Source of the DNA: Selaginella moellendorffii
Taxonomy: Eukaryota > Plantae > Lycopodiophyta
Reading direction: 5' to 3'
DNA: 64,000 nt
Assembly (NCBI RefSeq): GCF_000143415.4
Contig: NW_003314324.1
Location: forward strand, 881,379 to 945,378
In this document: one piece after another, positions 11,514 to 24,945 of the stretch
Layout of the letters: each line of letters begins with the position of its first letter
Numbering within the stretch: position 1 is the stretch's first letter
Translations under genes and position numbers: made by a program
Notes under the pieces: model-generated
Told to the model about the DNA's origin: nothing
The model's input: only the letters and a program-made list of their open reading frames with translations
Database searches by the model: none

Positions 11514-13668
11514 TTAAGAATGTTTGTGCATGTTTGACAACAATACATACGGCCCGGAGCTGCTGGGATCGACCACCAGAGCATTTGCAGCCGCAAAACT
11601 CCTGGTTCGAGCCCCGGCACTCTTGCAGCTATCGAGAAAGCTCGTCCAAGCAGCAAAATCCGGCTCGAAAGGCATGCTGGCCATGAGATCCTCGGCCTCC
11701 GCCAGCCTCCCGGCCCGCCCCAGCAGATCAACCACGCAAGCATAGTGATCCACCCCGGGAACTACGCCGTGATCCCCGATCATCCCCACGAAGCAGCTCC
11801 ACACGTCCTCAAGGAGCCCCGCGTGGCCGCAGCAGCACAAGACACTCACGAAAGTTATCTCGTTTGGCGCCACCCCGTCCGCCACCATTTCCCGAAACAC
11901 CGCCACCCCAAAACCCGGGAGCTCGTTCCGCGCAAACGCGGCGATGAGCGCGTTCCACAGCGCGGCGTCTCGTAGCGGGCCGGTACGGAAGGCCTCGGCC
12001 GCGTCCGGCAGCGCGCCGGAGCGGCCGTACGCGTGGACAAGCGCGCTGGCCACGGCGCCGTTGGATTGGAATCCGGCGTCGACGATCCCGTCGTGGACGG
12101 TGCGGATGGACTCGAGGCTGACGCACGCGTCCACCGCGCTGACGTACGTCACCGCGCTGGGTTTGAGGCCGAGGACGTCCATCCCGGCCAGCACCGCCAG
12201 CGCCTCCTTGCCATGCCCGCTCTGCGAATATGCCGTCAGCATCGCGCTCCAAGCGATGACGTCCGGCAAGGATATTCCGTCAAACACTTCCCGCGCGGTG
12301 TCAATACGGCCGCACCTACCGTACATCGTCACCACCGCGGTGGCCAGGATGATGCTGGGCGGGAGGAGCGCGGCGCTGTGGGCTTGGGCGAGCTTGCCCT
12401 GCGCGAGATTGGAGGAATTCGCGCAAGCGTCCATGACGCTCACGAATGTCACCACGTTGGGCCGCTGGGATCCTTCCAGATTCATCGCCCAGAACGTCTC
12501 CAGCGCCATTGCGGGATCCACGCGCGCGCGCGCGGAGATCATCACGTTCCAGGACATTGTGTTGCGGCGGTGGCGATCGCCCAGCGCCGCGAACATCGCC
12601 TCCGCAGCCGCAAGCTCCCCGCACTCGCCATAGAGGTGGAGCAGCGCGTTGGCGACAATCATCTCGCCCGCAAGCCCAGCTTCAATCGCGATGGCATGGG
12701 CTCCAATCCCAGCATCTAGATCGCCAGCGCTCGCCGCGGCATCCAGCACACAGATGATCGTGATGGCGCTAGCCCGAATTCCCTCCGAATTCATCCCGAA
12801 GAAGAGCTCCAGCGCCTCCCGATGGTTCCCCTGCTGCGCGTTCGCGGACAGGATAGCATTCCACGACACCACATTCCTCTCGGGCATCGCGGCAAAGGTC
12901 TCCCTCGCCTCCGCAAGGTGCCCGTTCTGGGCATACGCCGTAAGAACAGCAGTCCATCCAATGACCGTTTTCTCTTCAAGAGAATCAAACGCGCGGCGAG
13001 CTTCCTCCACTCCGCCACACTTCCCATACATGTTGACGATCGAGTTTCTGATCTTGGAGTCCGATCCACATCTCTCCTCGATCACAATCGCATGGATCTC
13101 TCGTGCCAGCTCCAGGCATCCTTGTCGAGCGCAAGCGTCTAGCATCGCCAGGAACGTCACGGCATCAGCTCGCACGCCGTCCAGGTCCATCCGGCAGAAA
13201 AGATCGATCGCCTCGCCGCAGTGGCCGCGCCGAGCGTAGCCCCCGATGATCGAGTTCCAGGCCACCACGTCGCGACTCGGCATCGCATCAAACACCGCCC
13301 TGGCGTCGCAGAGATCGCTGGCCTGGACGTGTGCCGCCACCAGGATCGTCCACGAGTAGATGTTTGGCGAGGCGATGGCAGCGAAGGCGGCGCGCGCGTC
13401 TTCGATGCTCCCACACTTGCCATACATCTGGACGAGAAGATTGCCGAGGAATGGGCGGCGATGGTGTCCGCTGGCGGTGATCTGGGCGTGGAGCAACCGG
13501 AGGGTGGCGAGGTCGCTGCATTGGCGGATATTGGAGGCAAAGTCTTGCTTCTTTGCCTCGTCCTGGCACGAGAAAACATTAAACTTTTTATGGATTTGGA
13601 GCAGAGCTTACTCTGGGATGGGCCTCAGTTCCTCCTGCTGTCCTCGTACCAACAATCAAACTAAGCAT
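11514..13668 (-). CDS. Pentatricopeptide repeat protein, PLS-E class; probable short first exon 13668-13612, intron 13611-13563
   Basis: Repeated MYGKCG and VVAWN motifs, and CGHAGL...DHYACVVDLLGRAGRL...PYVLLSNM. A phase-0 49-bp GT-AG intron joins an upstream ATG exon in frame with the long ORF. Confidence 0.92.
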
Positions 13669-14238
13669 GACAATGATCTACCAAGAAACATCGTGGAGTG
13701 CAGTTTCAATCACATCGCCCCTATGAAGCATGATGTGACCAATTATACAAAATGTTTTACATAGCTGTCTTGACATGAGCACCACAAATAAATAAAAAAA
13801 TCGAACGCCATCCCTACTGTAAACAATCTTATATGTATTTTCCTATTATATCCATAGTTTATGTATGTAATCAGTTCCCAGCCACCAAGGAGCCATAGCT
13901 TTTGCCGTATTGACTTTTGGTCCAAAGGGATGTTTGAGTTTGGAAACATCATTGATACCAATGTTCTCGAAGCAAGGAGAACATTCGTTTATTGTCATAA
14001 GCATGACTGATTTGGTTTATCTTCTAGAGTGTTCTGCATCTGGTCGTGTTTCTCGTCACCAGCCCTTATTCGCCTGCGCCTATAAAGATTGTGCCGAGTC
14101 ATTGATAGCTACGGCTGGGCCGAGCGAGAGAAGGAGTCAAGAAATTCTGGAAGGTCGGCGTCTACCATCCAAATAAAACCTTCAAAAGCAAAATCTCAGT
14201 AGAACAAGTCGCTGAACAAACACAGCGCCAAACAAGAA

Positions 14239-15684
14239 TCATAACACAGCTGTGGTGAACTTCTGAAAGAGCTCGTGCTCGCACAGCTTGCGCATCTCTT
14301 CCCGGGGCAATGATACGAGCAATCGTCTGCTCCGGCCGCCCTTGGGCGTCGGAAGGACAATTGCGACCCCATTCCCATACCACGGCTGCATGACAAGCGA
14401 ATAATGCACGGGCCTCCCCATGCCAAGGTCAACTCCATACACCGGAAACGTGTGCAAGCTGGTGCTGTAGACCCCGGTTCCTCCCACAAAGTCACAGTTG
14501 AAGTTGATCTTGCGGCCGCGAATGATCTCCAGCTCCATCCAGTCGATGGCCGACTGGATATGCTCGGGCGTGGTGGTTCGAATATCCTGCCGGAAGAGCC
14601 GTGCCACGTACGAGACATGGTTGGACTTGATCTCTCCGGCGCTGGCAGACAGGCAAGGCGAGTGAGCCGAGTTGCCAATGTACGCGGCTGGGATTGGGGG
14701 GTTCCATCGGTTCTTGGCCTTGAGCGAGATGGCGTAGACGTAGGTGGTGAGAGTGGAGTCGGGGAGGCCTCGCGCCTCGGTCATGGCCTTCCAGATCATG
14801 GCGCAGGTGGCCTCGAACGAGCTCGGGGTGTCGAATCCAAAGGGACCGGACTGGATCTCGCGGACAAGGCTGTCCACTTGCTGGGGATCCATCTCGAAGA
14901 GCTTGACGAGTGTCGGCTTGGCGGAGGCATTGTGTTCTTGGCTGGATTTGCCCATGGCATCAGTGGATGGCTTGGGCGACGATGTGTAGTCCCGGACTGG
15001 GATGGTGATTTGTGGCGGCTCCCGGGCTTTGAGGAGAGAGGAATCGAAGACTGGGGGAGTGAGATCTCGCGGGGAGGAGCCCTTGTGGATCTGTGACCAG
15101 CATCGCATGAATTCGAAGTAGGAAGATCCGTCGACGATGAGCTCGGCGGTCACAACTCCCAGCGCAATGCCGCCGCAGTTGAATCTCGTCAGCTGCAAAT
15201 CGGAGTTAAAACAGAGTTATCCTCTTTTAGTTATTCACTCCACCTGGAATTTGAGAAGCGGCGAGTCGACCGGATTGGTGATGTAAGTCTCACCGGGATT
15301 CAATTCGTGCTCAATCGAGCAGCGGGCGAGATCGCCCCAGTCGCTGAAACTTGCGTCGGCGGTGGCGACAAGAAATGGCACCCCTCGATCGTTGCACTCG
15401 ATTTCCAGCCGAGGTCCATTCTCGCGGACTCTGCCTGCAAAGACATTGAACAAGACCAGAGTTTGCGACAGCGATGCCTTCAAGCTGCTCGCGATCTCCT
15501 CGATCGGTTTCTCGTGCTGAGGGTCATCAATTGGGGCCGGCGGCGGGAAGTAGTAGACTTGCTTGGTGTAGTAATCGAAGGAGACATGGAGATCGAGATT
15601 GGAAAGCTTGTGAATTCGATTCATGGGCAAGGTGGGAGTGGCTGGAGTGACAGTGGAGACCAACAACATGCTCACAACACCCAT
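14239..15684 (-). CDS. BAHD acyltransferase-family protein with non-canonical motifs (ELIVDG, DLGMG), 2 exons (15684-15244, 15192-14239)
   Basis: LKASLSQTLVLFNVFAGR, IECNDRGVPF, PLLKFQ|LTRFNCGGIALG, YIGN and VDLGMGRP. The 51-bp intron sits at the usual BAHD Q position. Confidence 0.92.
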
Positions 15685-16812
15685 CTCTCTCTCTCTCTCT
15701 CTAACCAATAAGGGTTTTGTTGTACACGCGTTTCCCGTGGGTTCTTCTATAAATTGACAGAAATGCTAGAACAAATTCAATATTCAAAAGACCAAAAGGA
15801 AATCTTCAGACAATGCGAATCTTTGTGTTGTTGTGTTAACTCGAAGTTTGATATTACGAGAAAACCTTTTGTGCAGTGGCAAATGCCCATGGTGAGCGCA
15901 TTTTGCGTTATCCAAAATGCTCAGATGAAAACTCAAATATATACATATGTTTATCAAACTTAATATGTACACCCAATTATCAGAGCTTTGATTGATGATG
16001 AGAAGGCTGGTCCATCGCCATCTTAAGAGTAGAATTTTCAGGAAGAATTAGTGTTAAGCAATAAAATTTTGTAATACTGTACATAATTACACAAAAAACT
16101 ATATTTATAATATCTGCCCCTTAACACTGAGTGCAATTGCAACAGGCAACTTCCAAATACTTCGTGTTGTAAAACAGACTAGATCTTTAAAGCTTTAAAT
16201 TTAACTTTTAGACTTTAACACTATAATCAGCCATAATAAATTAAAAATATCAATAAATTGATATCCAATATTTCTGAACACTATCATACAGTTCTGCTAT
16301 TGATGGCCTAGCAAAGATTGAAATTTGCTACACATGTTTAGTGTTTTATTTATTTTTTACTTGCCTAATAGTCACAATAACTATTACTTGTAGGGCCTCG
16401 TTTAAGCCAAACATTGTAAGTTATTTAATTTGTTTTTATTACTCAGACAAATAATGCTAATAACCATTAATTGAAATAGAACCTCCTTGTCTAATCAATA
16501 GGACATATATTCTTGATAGTTTATATTCTTTATTGGATGGTCCTTATGGAAATAACTCAATGACCCTCCATCCTTCTTTTAAGAGTACAATCAAGGGGTT
16601 CACTTGATACAAATTGATCTAATATTTAAAGAAATATCAATAGTAAATTTTATTTAATTTCATAATTTAAAAAAACTAGATAAATTTCTTAGATATAGTT
16701 TATAAAAAATTCTTGATAAATTAAATTTAAAGTATAAATTTAGAATATTTAATAATATAAAATTCTCTAGATTTACTTATTAATCTTGAAATTAATTTTA
16801 ATAAATACTAAT

Positions 16813-17712
16813 TTAACATGGATATGAATTTGAAGACCATCTTCTAATAGGTCTGGGATTTACAGAAAATGTTTTCTGACGTAATTCATATAAAACTAAT
16901 TCACAATTATTTTGAACTGATAAGTATGTTTCTGTAACACAATCATCATGTGGTCCACAATATATATTTGGAGACCAAATTACTTCACCATTATTTTTAT
17001 AATATACTAAATTTCCATCTTTTTGAACTCTAAGTTCACAATCAAAAGATGATACTTCTGGTTGTTTAAACCATTTAATATTGTTACCACTATATAGTGC
17101 CAATAAACAATTTGCGTGCAAATAAAGATATACTTTTTTATTAGAAGATTGTAAAAATTGAGTGCTTTTCAAAAAATGATTAGGCATAGTACTAAATAGT
17201 GTTGTTAAATAAATTATACAACCATCCTTAAATTGACTAAGAAAATTTTTCGGTACCATTTCCTGTAAATCAGGAATTTTATACAAACTTGTAACAACAT
17301 AATGAATAGAAAAATAATCAGATATTATAGTTACAAAAGATGATTTTAATTCTTGTATAGAATGATAATAAGTATTAATTAGATCCTTAAACTCTTTTAT
17401 AACATTTTCTTCATTAACATATTTATTCCCACGATATGCAACACATGTACTTAAGTCACTAAGTCTATCAAATATCCAAAACTGATTAATTAAATTTAAA
17501 TTCCCAAGCTTTTCATCTAATAAACTATATTCAAAACTCATACTTTGACCTGTAGGTACTACTTGAAAATCAATTTTTGAAATCATCATATTTAATGTTA
17601 ATAGAATTATCTCTACACTTTCAGGTTGTAAGATATTTAAGTTTCCTGAAAAGATAAGTGTTAACACAAATTTTGGTAACAAAATAAAAATTAAAGTTTT
17701 ATTTATAAACAT
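16813..17712 (-). CDS. Intronless AT-rich 299-aa protein: putative signal peptide, unknown domain and C-terminal bulb-type (GNA/B-) lectin domain
   Basis: Three lectin subdomains: LYLHANCLLALY..IKW, LRVQKDGNLVYY..VIWS (intact QxDxNxVxY) and LSVQNNCELVLY..RRWSSN. A 900-bp open frame in very AT-rich DNA is unlikely by chance. Confidence 0.8.
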   Translation of the reverse strand: MFINKTLIFILLPKFVLTLIFSGNLNILQPESVEIILLTLNMMISKIDFQVVPTGQSMSFEYSLLDEKLGNLNLINQFWIFDRLSDLSTCVAYRGNKYVNEENVIKEFKDLINTYYHSIQELKSSFVTIISDYFSIHYVVTSLYKIPDLQEMVPKNFLSQFKDGCIIYLTTLFSTMPNHFLKSTQFLQSSNKKVYLYLHANCLLALYSGNNIKWFKQPEVSSFDCELRVQKDGNLVYYKNNGEVIWSPNIYCGPHDDCVTETYLSVQNNCELVLYELRQKTFSVNPRPIRRWSSNSYPC

Positions 17713-17719
17713 TTTTGCA

Positions 17720-19510
17720 TTGATTCTTGAAATATCTCTTAAATTTATATTTTATTTATTTATTATTTTATTAAATATAATTATGACAAATCATAAAAGC
17801 TGGATTAAATAAAATATTAAATTCTTTTCTTCCAGGTGGAGGCATGTTAGAATTTTGTTGTAATGCAAAGTATATCCTAGAGAGTTTTGCAAAGACCGAG
17901 GTATATGACAGCTGCAAGAGGATAATCTAATTATATATAATGAGGATGCTTTAAATTTAATTTTAAATATTTTAAAATTAGAATAATTTATTTAAATTTT
18001 ATAAAAAATAAAATTATAATATAATTTTATGAGTGCATGGAATATGGAAATGGAATACAGAAATATACATATCAATTAGCTCAAAATTTCTTACTTATAT
18101 ACAAGAGCGAGTGGTCTAGATTAAAACTAATCTAACAGCTATCAAAATCCTACTATGCTAATATTGATATATAGCATCATAGCCATACACTTGGACCTCA
18201 CATTATCCCCTCCTCTAAAAATGATAAAAGACAATTAAGGTTTTCTAATAGATGGGTTGAGATTTGGAGGAACATGAGGAGGAGGCATTAATGGATTTGT
18301 AAGTGTGGTAATTGTTCATGATCCTTTTATATAAAATGTTAACTGCTGTATATACACAATTTCTAGAGGATCAGACTATTGGATGTTATGCTGAACCTCA
18401 TGAACTTATGATCCAACTTAGCACAACACCCGATATAGCCCTTTTTACTAAGTAGGGAGCCATTTGAACAATGTATTATAAAATTGAGAAAATGGATTAA
18501 AACTAAATCATTCACTTTGTACTTTGTAGATGGATGATAATGGGAGTTATAATGTTGTTGCTGTCCCATTTGTATACAACCCAAGTATTTGGCAAACTCT
18601 ACTCAAACTAGTGGAAGAATGCTTGTCAAATACTCTTGAAATAATCTTGAAATATTTCTAAATTTAATTAATATTTTTATATTTATTACTTTATTAAATA
18701 GAAACTTGAAAAATCATAAAAGCTGGATTAAATATAATATTAAATTCTTTTCTTTCAGGTGGAGATATGTTAGAATTCTGTCATAATGCAAAGTATATCC
18801 TAGAGAGTTTTGCAAAGATAATTGTATATAATAAAGAAACTTTAATTTAGTTTAGTTTAGTTTCAAATAATTTAAAGTTAGTATAGTTTATTTAAATTTT
18901 AAAAATAAAAATATAATATAACATTGCGAGTGCATGGAATATAAACATAGAATATAAAAATATGCATATCAATTAGCCCAAAAACCCTAACTTATATACA
19001 AGAGCAAGTGGTCCAAATTGAAACCAATCCAATGGCTATCAAAATCCCACTACACTTATACAACATTGTAGCCATACATTTAAACCTCACATCATCCCTT
19101 CCTTTTGGAATGATAGAAAATAGTTAGGGTTTCTAGTGGATTGGCTAGGATCTGAAAGAACATCAGAAGGAGGCATTGGTGGATCTGTAAGTGGTGCCAA
19201 TTATTCCTAATCCCTTTAAATAAAGTGTTTTAGTCATTGCACATGCATAATTTCTGAAGGATGTTTATTAGATGTTATGTTGAACCTTATAAATTTGTGA
19301 TCCAACTTGCTGCAACACTCAATACAATCCCTTCCACTAATCAAGGAGCCCCTTAGACAAACCATATACCCTAAAATTGGGAAAATAAATTAACACTAAA
19401 TCATTTATTTTATACTCTGTAGGTGGACAATGTAGCACTGTTGTTGTCCTATTTGTATGTAGCCCAGATGAAACTTTACTCAGACAAGTGGAAGAATGCT
19501 TGTTAAATAC
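17720..19510. repeat. Diverged ~0.9-kb tandem duplication (flank, LTR and retroelement 3' end)
   Basis: AAATCATAAAAGCTGGATTAAAT...GCAAAGTATATCCTAGAGAGTTTTGCAAAGA occurs at ~17790 and ~18710. LTR copies at 18028-18202 and 18925-19091. GTGGAAGAATGCTTGT.AAATACT occurs at ~18611 and ~19488. Confidence 0.85.
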
Positions 19511-19595
19511 TAATCCCAAGACTTAGTATCAACAACTTGTGGCAATTGCAAAGGTAAACTCAACTTTGTTAGTAGTATTGGATCATGACTATATA

Positions 19596-20051
19596 TATAA
19601 CATACATGGTTTTCACCCTTTATCCTATAGTGATTTACTATAGGATAACTATGAAATAGAACCTAAACCCTCCATGTGCCATATGCCACATGTCCAATGA
19701 CAGTGGAGTGGAATTTGAATTTTAGGTTATTAGGCCATTGAATGAAAGAACAGAGCCAAAGTCTTGTAGCTAAGGAGCAAAGGAATTGGGGCATAGAACG
19801 ACTCCTAAGCATTCAACCTAAGGAGCGAAAGGACAGAAGCATAGAGTAACGTTGGAATAGTCTTAGAGCTTTCAGTATCCTAATGTCAGGACTAACATAT
19901 AAAATAGAGTTAAATGGAGTTTGGTGTTATTTTAGCATATTGGTGGCCTAATGCGAGGATATAGGTATTTCACCAACTAGCATGTTATGGAACTTGGGCT
20001 TAGACCCAATAACTACCCACTATCCCTACTATATATTTGGAACCCCCTACA
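19596..20051. mobile_element. Solo LTR nested in the Ty3 relic, same family as the LTR at 61640-62051
   Basis: Colinear similarity with 61640-62051 (GTGATTTAC.ATAGGATAAC, GAACGACTCCTAAGC, AACTTGGGCTTAGACCCAA). It ends in CCCCTACA. Confidence 0.8.
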
Positions 20052-20915
20052 ACACCTCTCACCCCTCTGAGGAACACATGCTTTAGGCTTTTAACCTAGC
20101 CACCCTTAGTATTAGGAGTTAGTCTTTAAGACAAACTCAAAATTTACTAAATATGGAATATCCCTAGATTGTGAATTTAGACACAGGACCAACACCATTG
20201 TGTTTAGGACAACATTCTACATTCCATAAATATGCTAAATATAGACACTTTCCATAAATAGTAATTAGGACTAAATAGGACTAACACAAAGGGTATGATA
20301 GCAAGAGTGTTTGACAGATACGGTAAGTTATCATTTAGTGAATATTGATCTTAATATCGCAGGGTTCTTGTTAAGCAAGTGTAGAATAGAGCAAAAGAGA
20401 ACTAAGAGTTAGCTGAGTATGCTTAGAAAGAAACACATAAGAGTTCCTACTTTATGAGTACAAATGTTAAGTCAAGTTTACTAACACTTAAACAAAAGGG
20501 ACTGATAAAAGAATTAGCAATACCAACCTCTTGCTGTTGTGGCAATAAGGAAATATTATCTGAAAGGACTAGCCGACAAATAACTTTTGATACCCGAAGT
20601 CATATTCGTGACTATATAAGAGTTTATATGGTGAAGCACTAATGTCACTTTGCACCCTTGTGACATGCATATTGAAAAGGTGGCAAATAACCATCTCAAT
20701 CTGAATGTTAAAAGTTTATGTACTTTGCAATCATCTTTTTGAAAGTTTGAATGAGCCATTTCACCAAATCATTTGATTATAGATAATAAACACTCATGAA
20801 AGTGTGGCATATCTTTAACTAAGATATTAAAACATAAAATACCTTAGCTATAAATGTGGGACTATTATCCGAAAGATTCACTCTAGACAGAAATGCTAGA
20901 ACACTACTTAATTGA

Positions 20916-21078
20916 NNNNNNNNNNNNNNNNNNNNNNNNNNNNNNNNNNNNNNNNNNNNNNNNNNNNNNNNNNNNNNNNNNNNNNNNNNNNNNNNNNNNN
21001 NNNNNNNNNNNNNNNNNNNNNNNNNNNNNNNNNNNNNNNNNNNNNNNNNNNNNNNNNNNNNNNNNNNNNNNNNNNNNN
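20916..21078. other. Assembly gap (N run)
   Basis: Run of N. Confidence 1.
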
Positions 21079-22389
21079 TAGAAAATGCCCCATTAAATCA
21101 AATGCCAGCAACTCAAATAAATGGGAAATTGCAATTGACTTCAACTGTCCTTCCATAGCATAATGGGGAGTATTATGAGTTTGGCACCAAATGCAACTAC
21201 ACACATACCGAATAATGTTGCATCGCATCTCTAACTAATAAAAAGATTTCTGCAGCTTTTTGATCACACAACAATGTCCTATATGCCTGCCTAGAATAAA
21301 AGAATCATGGTAGGCATGGAGAAAGCGTGGAATAAAGATTAAAGGCATCACCAACCATCCCCACAAAATAAAAAAGATTGTCCTTAAGATGATATTGAGA
21401 ATATAAATGCTAAAATGGTAAATCATCAATAAATGATGCAAGATTTTCAAACCCATCGCAAATTCTTCAAATTCATGGCTTAACTTTTTGAGCCTCATGA
21501 ACTTTGTCAAAAGAAGGAAAATTTTGCTTTTCACTTTGCAACACTAAATATCAAGTATAACAACTACCAATGGCACAAAATCCTCATCCAAAATATCTAT
21601 AGATGCTGAAATAACAGGCTCGTCAGAAACATGAGAATAGAGAAGGAAGAGGAGCTAGTCATAGAACTCCTTAAGCAATGAACAACATCAAAATTATATA
21701 TCTAAAGCTTCAAAACTCATAGAGTAATAGGACTAACCAAGTTCTTCTGTTTTAATAATGAAGTAACTATAGTATAATCACTTTCTAATAATGTTTAAGA
21801 ACTATGTAAATATGCATAAAGTTTCTCAAAACTCTAAACTAGTAATAAACACTCCTTTGTTGTAAAGTAGTTCACCTCTATTAATTGTAATGTACAACTA
21901 ATGTATACAATAGGATGGTGTTGACCAAGTACATTTGGGCTTTCTTGCATCAACCACCTCCAAAATCGATATTAGAAGTATCCACAAGCAAAATGAAAAG
22001 TCAAGTGTAGTCAAAATATACCAAAATTAAAGGAGTTGTCAATAACTCTTTGAAATCTGTAAATACCCACTCACAGTCCACAGATTAGATGTTGAAAACT
22101 TCAATAATGTTTGCAATGGTGCAATACAATTAGAAAGATGATCAACAAAATAATCAAGATAGTGCACCTTGCCTATAAAGTATTGCACATCATTCACATA
22201 CTTTAGAGTAAAGAACTGAGAACAACCATAAGTTTGTTAAAATTAACGTGCAAACTTTCATGAGAAATACGGTACCCAAGATAAATGGTGTCCTTGGACT
22301 CAAATACACATTTTGATTTCAACTTTAAACCAACTTTTTTCATAATTGATTTTACACCTTATGGATATTATGGATGTGTTCCTCCCACA

Positions 22390-22554
22390 NNNNNNNNNNN
22401 NNNNNNNNNNNNNNNNNNNNNNNNNNNNNNNNNNNNNNNNNNNNNNNNNNNNNNNNNNNNNNNNNNNNNNNNNNNNNNNNNNNNNNNNNNNNNNNNNNNN
22501 NNNNNNNNNNNNNNNNNNNNNNNNNNNNNNNNNNNNNNNNNNNNNNNNNNNNNN
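22390..22554. other. Assembly gap (N run)
   Basis: Run of N. Confidence 1.
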
Positions 22555-24099
22555 TGAGAAAAGGACATATATCAGGGATTGTCATTTCGTTTAATGGATG
22601 ATAGTCAATGTAAAAACAAATACTCCTATCAAGTTTCATCACAAGATAAGATTCACACGCCCAAGAACTTTGTAACTTTCAAATAACACCCTTTCCAATA
22701 TCTTTTTGACATTTGCATGTAAAATCTTAAACTCTTTTGGTGACTGATGACGAATGAAAACCTTAATTGGACAAGCATCCCTAGTTAGAATAGGATGATG
22801 TGTTTTCAATCTTAGCCTCAAACGATAAATCAAATTCAAAGTGATTAGCATATTCCTTCATAAGCTAGTCAACCTTTACAATACAAAGACCATCAAAGGG
22901 ATCTGAAGAATGAATAGAGGAATAATAAAGGAGGAAGTAATGAGAAGATAAAAGTGATGGAAGAAGAAGTAAAAGCAAAAGGACGAAAAGGAACAAAAGT
23001 GATAGGAATGGAAGAAATATAAAATGTATCAAATAAGTGAGAGAAGTCTTAAAGTCATATTTGACATGATTATGTTGTAACCAGTTAATATTACAAATGA
23101 AGTTAAAAGCTTGATTTGGCACTACCCTCAACAACTGCAACTCAAGCTTGAGATCACCCACACACACAACTAGGTCTGCCTCATCTTGTGTAGATACGTG
23201 TATTCAACCATTGCCATAAAGAATGAAAACTGGCTTTACTACATGACATAAATCTAAACAATAATGTGTAGCAATAGGCCAAGCAATAAAAGATAAATTT
23301 GAGCATATATTAACTAACATAGAGAGAATAATAGGAGACTTCTTGTTATGAAAACAAATTTGGAAAGTAAATATTGAATGAAGTAGTGCTAAGTGAACCC
23401 TTTGATGATACTTTTAAAAGAAAGATGGAAAGGTTATTGACTTATTTGCGCAAGGACACTTCACTACTCACGTGACTCCTCATTTCTTAGAAGTATCTTA
23501 ATGTCTAAACCTTCCATTGCAATAGCACCAATAGGACATTATTAATGCCAAGGTCTCCACCTAGGAAATGGAGATTACCAATCTAATAAACACTAACAAC
23601 ACCAATAAGTGTGACTAATTTCATTATATACCCAATAGTGGATATCACAGCCATGACTTTGTCCTTTCCTTTGTCCTTGCCCTTGTCCTTGCTCTTGTCC
23701 TTGCCTTTGTCCTTGAATTCAAGCAGTAGTAACATTAACCTCCATTGAAATAGGACCATCTCCTATAGAAAGTGGAGTTGAAAGACATGTAGTGAGAAGC
23801 AAAAGAAATAATATTTTATAATATTGTGCCAATCGAAAAGTATCATTAAGGGTGGCTGTAGTAAGTGCATGCATAAATCTTACAAGATTTTGACAAAGTA
23901 CTGGTGACAACATTCTCAACTTGATCCACTTTAACATATTTGACTTTACACAAAGGAAGAGACTTTAGAAATGAACGCTAAATTGAATCATTGACTTATA
24001 TAACCCTTGATAAAGATGATATAATTCTTGGAAGGCATTATCACAATTTGATAAAGATGATATAATTGTTGGAAGGCATTATCACAATTATTAATATAT

Positions 24100-24240
24100 T
24101 GTAAACTCTTAAATTTCCTAAAAGGTCATGATACAATTGTTCTGAAATATCCTAAGACTCTTAACTGATTGAAAAAGATGGTGCACTCTTATTCATGGGC
24201 CCTTTCGCTTTATATTTAAACCTTTATAGATTGTCTTGAC
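24100..24240 (-). mobile_element. Partial, decayed Cassandra-family LTR inside the Ty3 gag region
   Basis: AAATATCCTAAGACTCTTAACTGATTGAAAAAGATGGTGCACTCTTATTCATGGGCCCTTTCGCTTTATATTTAAACC matches the LTRs of 45527-46119. Confidence 0.7.
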
Positions 24241-24861
24241 ATATAGGAAATTCATGCAAATGTTGAGCATCATCCCAAGAATGATATATAGCAATCATTA
24301 TAAAGTGATGAAACCAATGGTACACATCATTTCTTGAATTCCCATGGAAGAACTCTAGCTAAACGTGACAATTAGCAGCAAGAGTACGAGTTGTACCATA
24401 TGCCATGAATGCTGCCATCAATTGAGTTTGATTGTTCAATTATAATCACATAGCATCGAGCAATTACACCAATTGCTACTCCAAAGTCAAAAGAGGAGGA
24501 AGCTATTGCTCTATCATAAAAATAAATGAAAAGGAAAAGTAAAAGAAAAGAAATTGAAAAAGCTATAATGAAAGGGAGATTTAAACAATGCAAAAGTTAG
24601 ATTTAAACCATAATCCCACATTCAATCACTCCTCAAAAACAATTGAAGCTACCCTTCACCTTCACCAATGTGAGTGTATGGATATGGAAATGGAATATAA
24701 AAATGCATATATCAATTAGCCCAAAAATATTAGATTATATATATGAGTGAGTGGTCTAGATTGAAACTAATCTGACAGCTATCAAATCTTACTATGCCAA
24801 TATTAGTATATGGCATTGTAGGCATACACTTGGACCTCACAACTTAATAATAAACTAAAAA

Positions 24862-24865
<4 letters not shown>

Positions 24866-24942
<77 letters not shown>
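24866..24942. repeat. (TA)n microsatellite
   Basis: Perfect TA run. Confidence 0.98.

Positions 24943-24945
<3 letters not shown>

Larger units (their letters stand above)
18925..24841 (-). mobile_element. Degenerate Ty3/gypsy element with ~170-bp LTRs (24669-24841 and 18925-19091)
   Basis: Matching TG...CA repeats and a purine tract next to the 3' LTR on the minus strand. Decayed gag (GDGPISMEV), protease, RT and integrase (LFELLAFDLMG) remnants. Confidence 0.8.

Noticed and set aside
11745-13764. Many antisense and alternative-frame ORFs over the PPR gene (also over 7623-10388 and 14239-15684)
   Set aside because: Shadow ORFs caused by high GC and codon bias.
20893-22642. ORFs containing X runs
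   Set aside because: Artefacts of the N gaps.
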